NCBI GenBank assembly: GCA_010093995.1
Contig: ML992510.1
Coordinates: 799,127-863,126 of the forward strand
Direction: 5' to 3'
From: Elsinoe ampelina
Taxonomy: Eukaryota
Length of the DNA: 64,000 nucleotides
Below, piece by piece: positions 24,763-38,521 of this stretch. The notes beneath the pieces were generated by a model. It made no database searches. It was given only the letters and a program-made list of their open reading frames with translations, and had not been told where the DNA came from. The position numbers were made by a program, and so were the translations under genes. The first letter of the stretch is position 1, and every line of letters starts with the position of its first letter.

Positions 24763-25642
24763 CTACTCGCCGGGACATCTCCTCCTTCGCTTTATCGGGA
24801 TGTTTTGACGCTCAGCAGCACTCCCCCTCGCTTCCTCCTCCATCTTCCGGATTCTGTGACTTTGAAATGCACAAACCACTTTCGCAGCCGTCACCGCTTG
24901 CTCGGCCTCGATGGTCCGCGATTCCAATCTCTCCCACCTTTCCTGTCCAGTCTTGAACATGTTTGTCTTCGCTTTGACTTGTGTCTGCAATTGCTTGATC
25001 TCGCGTTCGTGATGCTTGTTCGTTTCCTGGCGTTCACTGTCTCGCCTCTCGAGCTCAGCGCGGTGTGAGTCTTTGAGCGCTTTCATTTCTCTGACATGGC
25101 TGCGTTTGAGCCTGAGAATTCGTCGTCTGGCTTGAGTTTCTGCAACATCGAGGGCTTTCTTGATCTCAAGCTGCTGATGCTCTGCTGCCTCCTGCCTTTC
25201 TTTCTCCCTCTCCGCCTCTGTTGCGCTTTGCCATTGGTGATGTTGGTCTGCGTACCACGCCCTGAGTTGCTGTCTTGTCTGCTCCACTGCCGCCTCTCGA
25301 TCTCGCTCCGCATCATTCAATGCTGTTGCTAACTTGTTCTTCAAGTCCTTGATGGTCTTCGCGTCTTCCCGCTTCTTCTGCAAGCCTGCGGTGACGATCT
25401 GAGTCTGTCTTGCATACTCCCTTTCCTTTGCAAGATCGACCTGATTCTTCTGCTCGAGCTGGATGCCGTCAGTCTGGTGTACTCTGTGAAGATCATGGAC
25501 TAGAAGTCCATACCTCTGCCTTGATCCTCGCTATGATGCGGTCTTTCGCCTCGACCTCAGACTTGTATGCCGACTCGACTTCGGTGGCGCTGCGACATGT
25601 TTGTTCGGCTGCAGCTCTGAGCTGGTCGAAGAATGCTGCCAT
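24763..25642 (-). CDS. Hypothetical coiled-coil protein; intron 25459-25513
   Basis: GTATGG..CTGAC..CAG phase-0 intron joins MAAFFDQ..RIKAE to LEQKNQ..; charged heptads. Confidence 0.65.
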
Positions 25643-26088
25643 GGTGCTTCAGGTAGTTTGTTGGGCTAGATCCTTGAGGCTGTACGGCGTTTCGTGTGAG
25701 CAGAAGCTCGGGCCGTGATGATCGGAAGGCAACGCAAACAAGAGTCGCATGAATGTGCCTATGTGAAGTACTGCAGACTAGAAGGCTTAGAAGATGCAGA
25801 TGACTTGATGTGCATGTGAAGAGACTTGTCATACGCACTCTACAGCGGGAAAGAGTCGAAGTGAGTGACCCAAGTATGAGATTATGCCAGTGACAAGAAG
25901 ACGTGTACCTGGTAGTTAAGAAATGATCGATGTGAGCATTGGAAGCCCCGGTGTTGGCGATTGTGACGGCGTTCTTATGGCTTCAGTCGTGCCCGGAGGA
26001 ATATTTGCTGCGTAGAGCAGGTGAAGCGATACCGACGAAGTCGGACCTAGAGCTGAATGATTTCATTACCCACATATCTCATCAATCA

Positions 26089-28125
26089 TTACAACATAAA
26101 CAGCCCCCCAAGCCCCAGCGCCGTCGCCCATGCCATGCAATAAACACCGCTCAGGTATTGCCCCTTTGCACCACCAGTGAAGCTCACCACTCCCGTCCCA
26201 TTCCTGGACCTCCCACCAGTCTGCCCGCCTCCAGTCTGCACAGCTCCACTCCCTGACTTACCCAGAGCACTCATGATCCAGTCTGCCACGCTCCCAACGG
26301 TCTCGTCAGGGTCAATCTCGGTCGCCACCACTTCGTCGTTAAGCTCGGGCGCAGCGGTGGAGAGGTAGTCGTTCAGATTGGCCACTGGTATAGTCACGCC
26401 ATCGACTACGACGACTGCTTCGCTTGGTGAGGAACCCGCGGCTACAGTGGGGATAGAGATGACTCTTCCCGATATCGTTAAAGGAGGCGAGCCGGGGAGG
26501 AGAGTTCTTGTTCCTCCGATGACGACTGCTGGGAGTGACACTTTGTCGTTGGCCGATACAGTGGTAGCGACAAGACCAGCAGAGCGTAGCTCTGGTAGGG
26601 ACGTTGCAAGGACTTTGTCGAGATCTGCAAGTGCTATGGTGGACGAGTCTATGACAACGACGGGTGCAGGTACAGCGGCGCTGCCACCACCATATGGCGG
26701 AGGCAAGGTCTGGACGCTGATTTCGTGACCGGAGATTGTGGCGGTGGTGCCTGGGAGCAGAGTTACAGTCCCACCGATTATGATCGCGGGTAGCAGAGGC
26801 GCAGGTTCAGCATTTGAAGGTATCGACGATCCGGCCTCTGATGTAGGTGCGGAATCACCATTTCCTGATGGAATTGTCTGTTTGGGTAGGTTGTTGATAA
26901 TTGACATGATTCGCGACGGGTCTGGGCTCGGCGCTGGACTGTCAGATGCTGGTAATACTGGCACGGGTTCAAGTCTCGTGGCTGGGGACTCTATCACGGG
27001 CGCTGGTCTGGTCGTGGGATCAGGAGACTCTCGCGGAGGCGGAGTGTTTGGCCGCTGCGGAACCGCGAAGGTGGGCTCTGGGACAACGATCACCGGTTCC
27101 CTTGAAGGTCGAGTGGATGGGAACGAAGGTATTGGTGGTGGCGAAATTGGTCCGAACGTAGTCGTCGGCGTCGGCCCAGGTGGTTGAGGAGTACCACCTG
27201 GCTGATCTGTTGGCTCGGATGGTGGGAGTGAGGTTGGGCCTGCGGTGGCATGAACATAGCTCGTCATGAAATTGGCGGACGTCAATGTGTTTGGAGACGT
27301 GCCGTAATTTACAGGCTGGCACTGATCAATTGCTGTGCCCAACTCTGGGAAGTAGTTTGTCAGAGCTGGTAAGATCCAGCCTGTCTGAGGAAGTGCCGCG
27401 CTCCAAGTATCAGTGTAGTACTTCTCAGTTGTGAATCTGGACGAGAAGCGTATTCTTGTCGGTCCGCTATTCCACTGTATGTCTATGGCGTAGCCGAGAT
27501 TGAGTTGAGTATGTGTTTGGCCATCGTCGAGCTGGAATATGGTCGACTTCTCCCATGCACCATCAGCATTCGTGATCTGGTATTTGTCCGTGTCCGTGGT
27601 AGTGTACATGTTCCGGGTACCTTGGAAGTAGGCGAGGAAGTTGCAATCTTCGTCGAAGCCTCCACCGTACCTCCCTCCGACTCCAAAAGCGACCGATGGG
27701 TCAGAGAGGTTGGCGCGAATTTGGTCTACAATAGCTTGCGTGCAGGTCTTGCCGATTGCATACTCGCTGCCATCACTTTCGACCATCTGCGTGATGGTGC
27801 CGACTACAGGCTGTGCAGGATTTGAGACCCAGACGGCGTAGGCAGGGAAGAGGACCAGTGTGCATGGCGAAATGGGATTCAGCCCCCCTGGAGGCAGTGT
27901 GTTGTAGTATGCAATACTACCAGATGTGACTGCCGTGCCTGTCACGTCGGCATCAAACCAGAACGGCACTGTGGCTGGAAGCGCTGTGGTCGTCGAAGCG
28001 TTTGTGACTACACTTGTTAGCGACTCTGCCTGGCTTGAGACAGTATACATACAGCTGGCTATGGACGAAGACATTGCTTTGTAACATTTGCGGCATCGAC
28101 AGCGACCGCGTGAGCAGATTTTCAC
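26089..28125 (-). CDS. Pro/Thr/Ser-rich cell-surface protein, probably GPI-anchored (5' end uncertain)
   Basis: Long ORF with Cys-containing N-terminal domain, PT-rich linker, two ~65-aa internal repeats and a hydrophobic C-terminal tail; signal-peptide exon not identified. Confidence 0.6.
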   Translation of the reverse strand: MKICSRGRCRCRKCYKAMSSSIASCMYTVSSQAESLTSVVTNASTTTALPATVPFWFDADVTGTAVTSGSIAYYNTLPPGGLNPISPCTLVLFPAYAVWVSNPAQPVVGTITQMVESDGSEYAIGKTCTQAIVDQIRANLSDPSVAFGVGGRYGGGFDEDCNFLAYFQGTRNMYTTTDTDKYQITNADGAWEKSTIFQLDDGQTHTQLNLGYAIDIQWNSGPTRIRFSSRFTTEKYYTDTWSAALPQTGWILPALTNYFPELGTAIDQCQPVNYGTSPNTLTSANFMTSYVHATAGPTSLPPSEPTDQPGGTPQPPGPTPTTTFGPISPPPIPSFPSTRPSREPVIVVPEPTFAVPQRPNTPPPRESPDPTTRPAPVIESPATRLEPVPVLPASDSPAPSPDPSRIMSIINNLPKQTIPSGNGDSAPTSEAGSSIPSNAEPAPLLPAIIIGGTVTLLPGTTATISGHEISVQTLPPPYGGGSAAVPAPVVVIDSSTIALADLDKVLATSLPELRSAGLVATTVSANDKVSLPAVVIGGTRTLLPGSPPLTISGRVISIPTVAAGSSPSEAVVVVDGVTIPVANLNDYLSTAAPELNDEVVATEIDPDETVGSVADWIMSALGKSGSGAVQTGGGQTGGRSRNGTGVVSFTGGAKGQYLSGVYCMAWATALGLGGLFML

Positions 28126-28857
28126 AGAGACATACCATTGACTTTATTTACCTGCTGTTGCCTGTCATGCAGCCCATGCGCCAGGTCAAGCTTAAGCTCA
28201 GACGGGAAGGAACATTGTCTTGATGTGAATAAGCATCCTACCAGATATTCGTGTGGCGTTCTGACGGGTCCTAGACCTTGGGCGGTGCTTGAGTAGTGCT
28301 CGTGCCAGTGGTTCTTTCAGTTCGGCAAGGACGAGACCGTCAAGCGGGCAAGCGAGCTGAAGGGACGCCTGACTCTTTTCCGGCCATGAATCCTCGTGTA
28401 GGGTCATTGTTCCTGCAGAGCAAGACGATAGTGTTACATCAAGTGGCTTGGAACGGTGGCCGGGTGGCATTCTTGCACGAATGGCACATGATGGGATTTT
28501 GTGTATGTCAATGACACCTCTCATGAGAAGGTGTTGATACACGCTGTTTTGGGCAAAAGATGGAGCAAGGGCCGGGAATTTGGTGGGCTTTTTCAACCGA
28601 GGTCTTGTTGAACGGACCTCCATCTTTGTCAAAAACCGAGCTTTCATGATACGTACCTTTTTCGATCTATTTTTACAGCCCACCATTTTTTGGTCACAGA
28701 TTTCATGTACGGAGACCAAGTCGCAGCAATGACCATGATTCATTGGAAAAGGTATATATCCAAAATATTGGACCAAGCACCATCGACGCTTATATGACAT
28801 GATCGTGGCCAAGTGAAAAAGTGAATGAACGTGAAATCTAGATATCCTCAACTAAAA

Positions 28858-30404
28858 CTACCGATGACCGGAGAATTGTGCCTGCAGCGGCGACCCTGCA
28901 TATGCTCCTGGAATAGGGACAGAATCATACACTTGCTCGCCCGGCGCTGCTTGATGATGACCCTGTTGTACTTCTGTTGGTGGGCTCACACTCCTGATCG
29001 CAGGGGAGTAGCGATCGTTCGGGCTAGGCGTCCGCTCCACTCTAGCTTCAATCGGAGTGAAGCCGGTCTGTTGCAGCTGTGGGGTGGCGTTTGTCCTGGC
29101 TGGCGCTGGCTGAAGCACGAACGGCCTTGGCTGTGCAATGACTTGTGGCTGGGCGTGAGCGTACTGGGTGCTCTCATCAATCGATCCGCTGTCGTGGCTT
29201 GGCACATAGTAGCTTGTCTCTGTTGGCTCCTTGCGGTCAAGGTTCCAACCAGGAGTGTTAGGAGCGGACTGGCTCCGGAGCTGGGCCAGATAGAGATCAG
29301 ATCGAGCCTTGTCGCGGTTGGACATGCTCTTTCGCAGCTTGCGCTTGGTCCAGTAACGGTAGAAGACAATACCGTAGACGGCAATGGTGATGACTTCGAC
29401 GATGACCTCGATGATGCAGCAGATGAGAGTCCAGTTTTGAAGACGGCAAGCGAGAGCGTAGTCGACTTCATCACCGTAGACCTGAGACCGGAGATTATTG
29501 TTGCACGACCATCCCCACATGTCTTGTCCGTTGCCGTTGTTCTTCGAAGTTTGCAGGACAACTGCACCGACAATCCACATGACGATGCTGAAGACGAAGA
29601 GACCAACGGCGAAGACAGTGTAGTAGATGGCAGCCTTCTCGACTCGTGCGTGACCTCCACGGAAGTATTGCCAGAAGATGAGGATGGAGATGAGTAACGA
29701 GACGCAAGCAATGGAAAGGAGAGTGATCTGAGGCCATTGCTGTTGGTTGGGAGCCCAAGGCCGCATTTGTTGACTACCGACGTAACGAGGTGGAATGTTC
29801 TGAGTGGCGCGGACGATGGTGAGAACAGTGGTGAGCATGGCTAGGACGATGAGGGAGCATGAGAAGTTGACACCTCGGAGGAGGAATTTGGCGATCCGGA
29901 CACGGGTCTTGACTTTCTGGTAAAGTATTAGCTTCACTTCTTGCAGATTGAATCGAGTAGACTTACCAAATCCTTTGCTTGTTCCTTGTCGGTGCCAGCC
30001 TCAGCTTTCTCAAGGTCTTGTTCCTCCATGAAGGTAGGACTGAAGATGGCTCTCGAGGTACCAGGAGTCTCGAGGGCACTCTTGAGTGCTGGGCTGAATG
30101 GAGCTGGTGACATGGGAGCGGCGCCTCTTGGCAGTCTGTTGTCGGTGTCTTCCATCTCGACTTGATTCCGATCGATGGTGGCTCCGAAGGTGACGTCGGC
30201 GGGCTGTGATTGAGGCTTGTAGTGACTTGTCCTTGAGAAGGAGAAGTGCTTGTGCCTGGTGTCGAGTGGCGAGTTGACGGCAGTAGCTTCAGCGAACCTT
30301 GGTGTCCTTGGTGTCTTGAGCGATAACGATGTAGTCGAGTCACTTGATGATGTTCGTGGTCTAGCGGCTTCAGTCATTATGGGTGCCGGTCGATTGATGG
30401 GCAT
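28858..30404 (-). CDS. ham-8: HAM-8-like (hyphal anastomosis) four-TM membrane protein; intron 29917-29966
   Basis: SLKTPRTPRFAEATAV, KVKTRVRIAKFLLRGVNFSCS, QDMWGWSC, LYLAQLRSQSAPNTPG; canonical intron joins the two ORFs; family name from recall. Confidence 0.6.
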
Positions 30405-31572
30405 GTCGAAGGTAGAAACAATGGCGAAACGACAAATGCAAGAAACCCGTGAGACCAGCTCACGTTATGACAGCTGAAGGGAAGGACGCAGCGGTAAGAT
30501 AGAACACGAAGCGCAAGAGAGGAAGAGAAGAAGAGGGGTGAGGTGCAGATTTAGAAGAGGGTGCAGGTTATAGAGCGGCGTGGTCGACCGAATGGAGAAG
30601 ACTTGGGTCTTGTGATGGCAAATATTGGAGATGAATGTACCTTGATCTTGGATCGTCCCCAGGTGAGCGGCTACAGGTGTGCTTCTATTGCTCGGTTGTC
30701 TGCATACAAAGGCGCCTACGCCGTGCGTGGTGATGACCCGGATCGGTCAGCGGGGTTGCGTGGTGGTGCAAGTCCGGGAGTAAAAATAGCGCGGGAGCAA
30801 TGTAGTGGCGATCCAAGGCAGGGAGCTGGACGCAGGTGCTCACCGTACTGTGGTACGATGCTGGCGTGATGGGATGAATGAGAGAGGAAGAACACGAATG
30901 AGTGCACAAGATATGGCTGTCCTCCCCATTGTCCAAGCAGTGCACCTACCGTTGATCATATCGCACGCGAGGGGAGAAGGTCTGTCCAGCAAAAGTGGGA
31001 AGACCAATGGGGTCCAGGGTCTTCGCGCCCGATATAGAGTGAGAAGTAGTCTGACAGGATTGATTGGCAAGGAACGAACGAGTAGCTCCATGGCCAAGCT
31101 ATCCCAAAGTGTCGAAAAAGGTGCCAAAGGTGCGAAAAGGTGGCAGCGACGTGACAGCCGCCAGCACTAGTGGCGACTTTTGACCAATCAGCGGTGAGAG
31201 TCAGCACTTAATCACACCTCAGCGCTTACGCGAGTTTGCCTCGACAGAGGTCCAGGTCAAGGGTCTTGAGAGGCCGTAAGGTCCGGATGAAGGTCAAGAT
31301 TGACACTGCATGAATTCCAATGTGACTATTGACAAGTTGAGAGAAAATCCAGTCAAGTGACTGGTTGCAAGAAGGGATGCAGCCGAAATCAAGCAAAATC
31401 GCCAAAATGCCCATGTCTGCCGATCATGCCCGGGCTTTACCCGACTTTACCCCTCTTCTCGCCAAAAATAGACATTACTTCCTCTTCTCTGACACCGACA
31501 TCACTATGCATCTATCCAACACAACGTCCGCGTCTTTGCAATATCGACAACGTCCCCGATGACGCGGCAGTC

Positions 31573-32046
31573 TCAAAAATAGGATGGTCTCCTCCTCATG
31601 TTCTGGGCAACGCTCTCTCGTGTGCCATTTGGCAAGAGGTCTTCGTAGAAGTTGTAGAAGGCCGTATCTCTTGTCGACTGCAGACGCACATCTTCGGATG
31701 TCGAGGCTCTTCTCCAGTTGGATCGCACAGGAACGTACTCTTCGGTCCTACTGTGGTTCTCCCGCACGGCTGTTGGGTTTGGCCCTTCCGGTGGTGAAGT
31801 CGTCCAGTTGACAGGCTCGGCTGCTTCTGCTTCTGGCAAGATACCCAGAGAAGACGATGTCATTGGCAACCTGGGTCTTGTGTCTGCAAAAGGATTCCTG
31901 CTGAAATCAGAGTAGGTTGTGTTCCTGTTGAACGTACTTTGTCTCGGCCACATGGTATTGGGCCTGGCGTTTTCAGCTTCAAGGGCGGCTTTCTGCTCAT
32001 CAGTCCTGAAGGCAGGATGAGTGCCTGTTGCGCCATCAGTACACAC
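31573..32046 (-). CDS. Small hypothetical protein (start uncertain)
   Basis: 157-aa ORF with coding-like C-terminus RDTAFYNFYEDLL. Confidence 0.4.
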   Translation of the reverse strand: MCTDGATGTHPAFRTDEQKAALEAENARPNTMWPRQSTFNRNTTYSDFSRNPFADTRPRLPMTSSSLGILPEAEAAEPVNWTTSPPEGPNPTAVRENHSRTEEYVPVRSNWRRASTSEDVRLQSTRDTAFYNFYEDLLPNGTRESVAQNMRRRPSYF

Positions 32047-32132
32047 AGCATATCCAATGTTGAACCATTTGGATGGGTTTGGAAAATCATAAGCTCATTT
32101 TACTACTGAAGAAGAACAGACAAAGAGACAAA

Positions 32133-34136
32133 TCACCTACATTTGGCGCATAGACCATTCCGCAAGAAATGAGCACCAGTGGGAACCAGCCCACAGCTCG
32201 TACACTCCTCCATCATATCTGGAGCACCACAGTCAGCAAAGCTCATATCGGATCCACAACTGAAGCCGCGGGGCTGCTTCTTCTCCTCCCATGGCATATG
32301 CATCTTGGCAGCCACCTTCTGGAACTCCGCAAAGTGAATGTAGCTCATGCCAAACATACCTGATGTGTCCTTGTCCTTGCCCTTATCTTTCGTCACCGGC
32401 GCCGTGGTCTGCTCAGGCGCTGGTCTTGCGTTAGCTGGATGCAACTCAGGCGACTCAGACGTCTGCCTACCTTGAGCCCGGTTGATCTCGTTCCAGATCT
32501 CTCTCGGATCCCGCTCCTTCTCTTTGACGACCTTCAATGGAGCTGGTGGCTTGACGCTCTCCATACTGTCTCTGGCGTTGATGAACTGTGAGAAGGTAGT
32601 CACCCTTGAGTCGCTAGTACCAGGCCTCACTTCCGTGGCATCCTCACCTGACAGCATCGCCATAGCTCTCTGCCTGTTGAGCTCTGTCTGCCTGGCCTGG
32701 TACTCTTCATCCCTCATTCTCGCAGCCTCTGCCTCCTTCTCCATCGCCTCCAGCCTGCTGCTCATCCGTCTGGAGAAGCCCCATATTTCCTCGTCCTGGG
32801 GCTCACTAGTCCCACTGTCAAGACTGTCCTTCTTCTCCACCGCCTCAAGCTTAGGAGTAGTCGGACCAGCGCTGACAGGCAAACCAGCCTTGATCCTCAT
32901 CCTGCCCTTGAACCCTTGGCCCTTGCCAGCAGCAGCCAACTCATGCCTGTCCGGCGCAAAGAAGTCCAACGCCTTGTCCACCAGACTTCCCGACCTCTGA
33001 GGGCCCACCTTCTCCTCCTTCCTCTGACTATGCGGCGACCCCGGCCGACTCCCAGCCAGACTCCCCGCTCTACTCCTCGGTGCCTTCTTCACAACACCCA
33101 ACACCTTCTTCCCGAACCTCCCTAGACTCCCCTCCCTCCTCAACCCCTGCTGCTGGACCCCTTCCTCTTTCTCCTCCTCCGTCTTCTCCACCTTCCTCAT
33201 CACAGGCCGACTTGCCCTCGGCGTCACCCTTGGCAACGGCTCAGTGCGATTCGCGCTCCAACTCCCCGGCTCGTCCATGGGGACAAAACTTCTCCTCGCC
33301 TCGGCCAGTTCCTCAATCCTCTGCGCATCCCTGGCCAATCGACTTTCGACTTCTGCAGCATTGTACTCCGCGCCATACACATAGTTCGGGACCGGCTCAG
33401 CTTCATATCCCCTCGGCGTCGGAGGAGCAGAGTCAAACTCCGCACCCCTAGCAGGGAGATCCAATCCCTCCCCGACTCTCGGGGTGCGAGGCGGCGTGAC
33501 ATTCGAGAGGATCACCCCCTCGCCAGAGATAGGGTAGACGCGTTCCCTCCCCTCATCTCCAGCGGTACTCCCGCCTCGACCTCGGCCTTGCCCTGCCGTG
33601 ACACTACCCGCTCTCGAACCTGGAGCAGAGGCAGATGCGGTCGGAGCACCAAGAGGCAGCGGAGCAGGCGCCACCGCCGTCCCGGCCAATACCCCCCTCC
33701 CTCTTCCCCTCTCCTGGCTTCTCGACTGCGACCTCGCCCTCGCTCTCGACGCGAACGTCGACGCAGCAGACGAGGGAGTATTGGAAGAAGCTAAATGCCT
33801 CCCCTGCCCTCCCTGGGCTCCACCTACTGGTCTCCTCGGTATGCTTCCGCCCTCTACTTCTCGTCCAGCGGAAGCATTCATCACCCTCGCGGCCGCGACG
33901 GCGGCGGTGGCGGAGGTGAAGCGGACGTCGCTGCCTTCGAGCGCGGTTGGGTTGTTCCCGGAGCGAGCTTCTGGGGTCAGGTCAGTGCTTGCGTAAGCGC
34001 CTGTGGAGGGGTGGGGGAAGGGGCTGTGGGGGCGGGGAGGGGAGAGGTGGAGGTTTGTCATGCTGCCTGGGGGGTAGGACGGACCGGAGGTGGAAGGGTT
34101 GGTGGGGCGGGTGGGTGAGCGGAGGGTGCGGCGCAT
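32133..34136 (-). CDS. Hypothetical disordered protein with C-terminal CxxC-x15-CxxC motif
   Basis: 667-aa ORF ending CTSCGLVPTGAHFLRNGLCAKCR. Confidence 0.6.
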   Translation of the reverse strand: MRRTLRSPTRPTNPSTSGPSYPPGSMTNLHLSPPRPHSPFPHPSTGAYASTDLTPEARSGNNPTALEGSDVRFTSATAAVAAARVMNASAGREVEGGSIPRRPVGGAQGGQGRHLASSNTPSSAASTFASRARARSQSRSQERGRGRGVLAGTAVAPAPLPLGAPTASASAPGSRAGSVTAGQGRGRGGSTAGDEGRERVYPISGEGVILSNVTPPRTPRVGEGLDLPARGAEFDSAPPTPRGYEAEPVPNYVYGAEYNAAEVESRLARDAQRIEELAEARRSFVPMDEPGSWSANRTEPLPRVTPRASRPVMRKVEKTEEEKEEGVQQQGLRREGSLGRFGKKVLGVVKKAPRSRAGSLAGSRPGSPHSQRKEEKVGPQRSGSLVDKALDFFAPDRHELAAAGKGQGFKGRMRIKAGLPVSAGPTTPKLEAVEKKDSLDSGTSEPQDEEIWGFSRRMSSRLEAMEKEAEAARMRDEEYQARQTELNRQRAMAMLSGEDATEVRPGTSDSRVTTFSQFINARDSMESVKPPAPLKVVKEKERDPREIWNEINRAQGRQTSESPELHPANARPAPEQTTAPVTKDKGKDKDTSGMFGMSYIHFAEFQKVAAKMHMPWEEKKQPRGFSCGSDMSFADCGAPDMMEECTSCGLVPTGAHFLRNGLCAKCR

Positions 34137-34753
34137 GTTTGCTCTCTAGGTTCTGTGTCGGTGGGTTGTGGTTGTGGATCTGGACTTATGGTATCGCGAT
34201 TTTGGCGGAGTTTGATACAGTGGTTTTGATGTTTGATGGTAAGTCAGTGATGTTCGTAAGTTTCTTCTTCGTGAGGACAGGAAACAAACGAGATTTGTGA
34301 GAGAAAGAAGAGAGGAAATCGACGGTTGCGGCGAGGTCGAGGGGACAAGGAGATATACTGCACCGGGCACATTACCATGGACAAAGACGATGAGGGTCAA
34401 TAGCGAGCATTGTTACGTGAAGTGTAACAAAGAAGACATGAAAGATGTCTTGTCCCCCACGCCGGATGTGGGATCTACCACGAACGTCTTTGTCCGTACC
34501 ACAACGACAAAGACATCCTCACAATCGGCTCAAACCGTGCAAAGACACCTTGACGAGCACGTCGATATGTACAGAGACACGGACACGATCAACAGCATGA
34601 AGAAAAGTGAAGACAGAGATAAATTGCCATATCTAACATATACCCAAAACCAACATAGAAAACCACCCCAAAAAAGCGGATTACCCCCTTTCCCCTCCCC
34701 CTCCACCTGAACGAAAAACCCCATCCCCTTCCACTTCCATGTCCAATCTCAAA

Positions 34754-35728
34754 CTACAAAAACAAAGCCAACCCCCCCACCACCGCCGCCATCAGACTCG
34801 CCGCACCCGCTCCAGCACCCCAAACCACCGCCCCTCCCTCGTAAGGCGTAATGTGCGACGTGTTCCCCCACGAAGGCGCCGGCGTGGCAGACGGGTGCGT
34901 CTTGCACTGCGGACCAGGACACTTGTCGGCGCCCGTCTGCGTCGGGTAAGGAGTCTTGCTCGTCGAGCCAGGGGTGACGCGGTTGGCGGGGCCGCCTGGT
35001 CCGCCTGGGCCGCCGGCGCCGCCGTTGCCTCCGTTGCCGCCTGTGCCTGGGCTGCCGGGTCCGCCGGGTCCGCCTGCACCGCCGTTGCCGCCGTCGCCTC
35101 CATTCCCGCCGGGTCCACCGGGGCCGCCTGCTCCTCCGTCACCGCCATCGCCGCCGTTTCCTCCGTTGCCGCCTGGTCCGCCTGCGCCGCCGTCGCCTCC
35201 ATTTCCGCCGTTGCCTCCGTTGCCGCCCGAGCCAGGGGCGGGGGTTGGGACAACGCCTTCGGTGGCGCCGCAGCCGCCGCATTTCTCGGTGACGGTGACG
35301 GGACCTGGGGTCGCGCACTTGTTGCAGTCTTTGACGGTGACGGTGTAGCCGGGTGGGATGTGGTTGGCGCCGGTTGACCAGGTTGGTTCAGGACCTTCGC
35401 ATGATTCGGTGATGATGTGGGTGACTGGGGTCATGCTCCATTCGTTGCCGGTCGTGCAAAGGGATTCGTAGACGGTCGTGTAAATCGTGGTGTGGGGAGT
35501 GTGGTCGCACTTGGGGCAGTAGGTGATGGTTGTGCCTTGTGTGACGGTGATGAGAGTCTCTGGTGCTTCGCTCTCACAGTCGCTGATGGTCTCGGTCACG
35601 TAGACAGGACCAGGGGTGGTCGCAGGTGGAGAAGATACGGCAGGCGATGATGATGAGACATAGCCGGAAAGTTGAGCAGATGCTCCAGTAATGGCCGCAG
35701 CCAAGACGAACGCGCGTTGATTTCTCAT
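34754..35728 (-). CDS. Secreted GPI-type cell wall protein with Gly-rich GGN/GGD/GGA/GGP repeats
   Basis: Signal peptide MRNQRAFVLAAAITGASA; Thr/Cys-rich YCPKC and KDCNKC region; GGX repeat block; hydrophobic GPI tail. Confidence 0.85.
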   Translation of the reverse strand: MRNQRAFVLAAAITGASAQLSGYVSSSSPAVSSPPATTPGPVYVTETISDCESEAPETLITVTQGTTITYCPKCDHTPHTTIYTTVYESLCTTGNEWSMTPVTHIITESCEGPEPTWSTGANHIPPGYTVTVKDCNKCATPGPVTVTEKCGGCGATEGVVPTPAPGSGGNGGNGGNGGDGGAGGPGGNGGNGGDGGDGGAGGPGGPGGNGGDGGNGGAGGPGGPGSPGTGGNGGNGGAGGPGGPGGPANRVTPGSTSKTPYPTQTGADKCPGPQCKTHPSATPAPSWGNTSHITPYEGGAVVWGAGAGAASLMAAVVGGLALFL

Positions 35729-36549
35729 CGCGACGGTATTAGAATTAGAAGTGAACGAGTGTGATGAAAGGTAATATTCTCAAAGTTGGTCAAAAGAGTG
35801 TGATGAAGTATAAGTTAGTGATGTTGTTGTTAGATCAAAAGAATGAACGAGGGAGAGAAGACTGCTGAAAAGGTCGAAAGAGTGAGACCTGTAGCTTGAC
35901 GAAAGCAGTGAAGAAGGACGATAGACGAGTGTAGAAGACGCGTGAAAACTTATACCGCCAATTGCGTGCGGAAATGATGTTTTGTTGATATGGCTGAGAT
36001 ATGTGTGTGGAATGCACGCGAGATTCGCATTCCTGGGCGGCACAGAAAGACCAGGACAGCAACCGGCCATGATAGACATCTCAGCAGATTAGTCAAATTC
36101 CACAGATCAGGTACATGTCCCTTGATTGGCTCGACAAGTCGGCTGATGGTCTGGGGACCTCGCTGGCTCTCTGGCTGGGGCTACTGAGGGTAATGACTAC
36201 ATGAAGCAGCAGGAGGGGTCCTGGCAAGCTTAAGATATACTGGGGCTGGTATGTATAGTCTTTGCACCATTCTCAAAGATGTACATCACACGAATTCATA
36301 GAATTGTACTGATGTTGGTGTTTAGATGAGGTTGAAGAGAGGCGGTCGCAGGACGTGAAGTCCGGCCCGAATGCGGGTGTGGTCTTGGCGCGACCAGCCT
36401 CTCACAAACGCTGGAATGAAAACAGAACATGGTCGATACTGCATTCATTTGATCGTGAAACTAGCTATTTTCCGCTTGACGAAGAATCATTGTCACTGTG
36501 TCTCGTTCGTTCCCTGAGCTCGGGCTCTTCGGCATTCGCGACCACCTGT

Positions 36550-38092
<1,543 letters not shown>

Positions 38093-38521
38093 TCAATTGA
38101 ATGACCGAGAAGATTTTTGAATGTGTGGAAGAGTGAGAAAGAAATTGAGCCTAAATCGGAGGAAGAATCACTTGTGGTCAAGGAAAAGGCTGCGTCAGAA
38201 TTGTCGAGAAGGCTTGAAGAGCTACAGCCCACTCCACTCTGTGCTTCTCAACCACCCCACCCTAAACACATCACACCGACAGGAATCGCCGCCCCGCGAA
38301 CGGAGAAGATCGGGACCGAATACCCGGTCTGGAGACAGTCACGTGATTTCACCCGATCAGCTCCGATCAGCTTTCGCATAATCCTCGGTCGATCTTCGAG
38401 CTCTGTTCGCGTCAGTGAAGCTCTCCCAGGCGCTCCGAAGCCGATCCATCACATGTTCAACTAAACCATCTACATCTCTCCATCACAACCCCATCACTTC
38501 ACTCTCGACAAACTCATCATC

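Noticed and set aside
34956..35348. Collagen-like GPP protein on the + strand
   Set aside because: Antisense shadow of the Gly-rich GPI protein, which has the signal peptide and anchor
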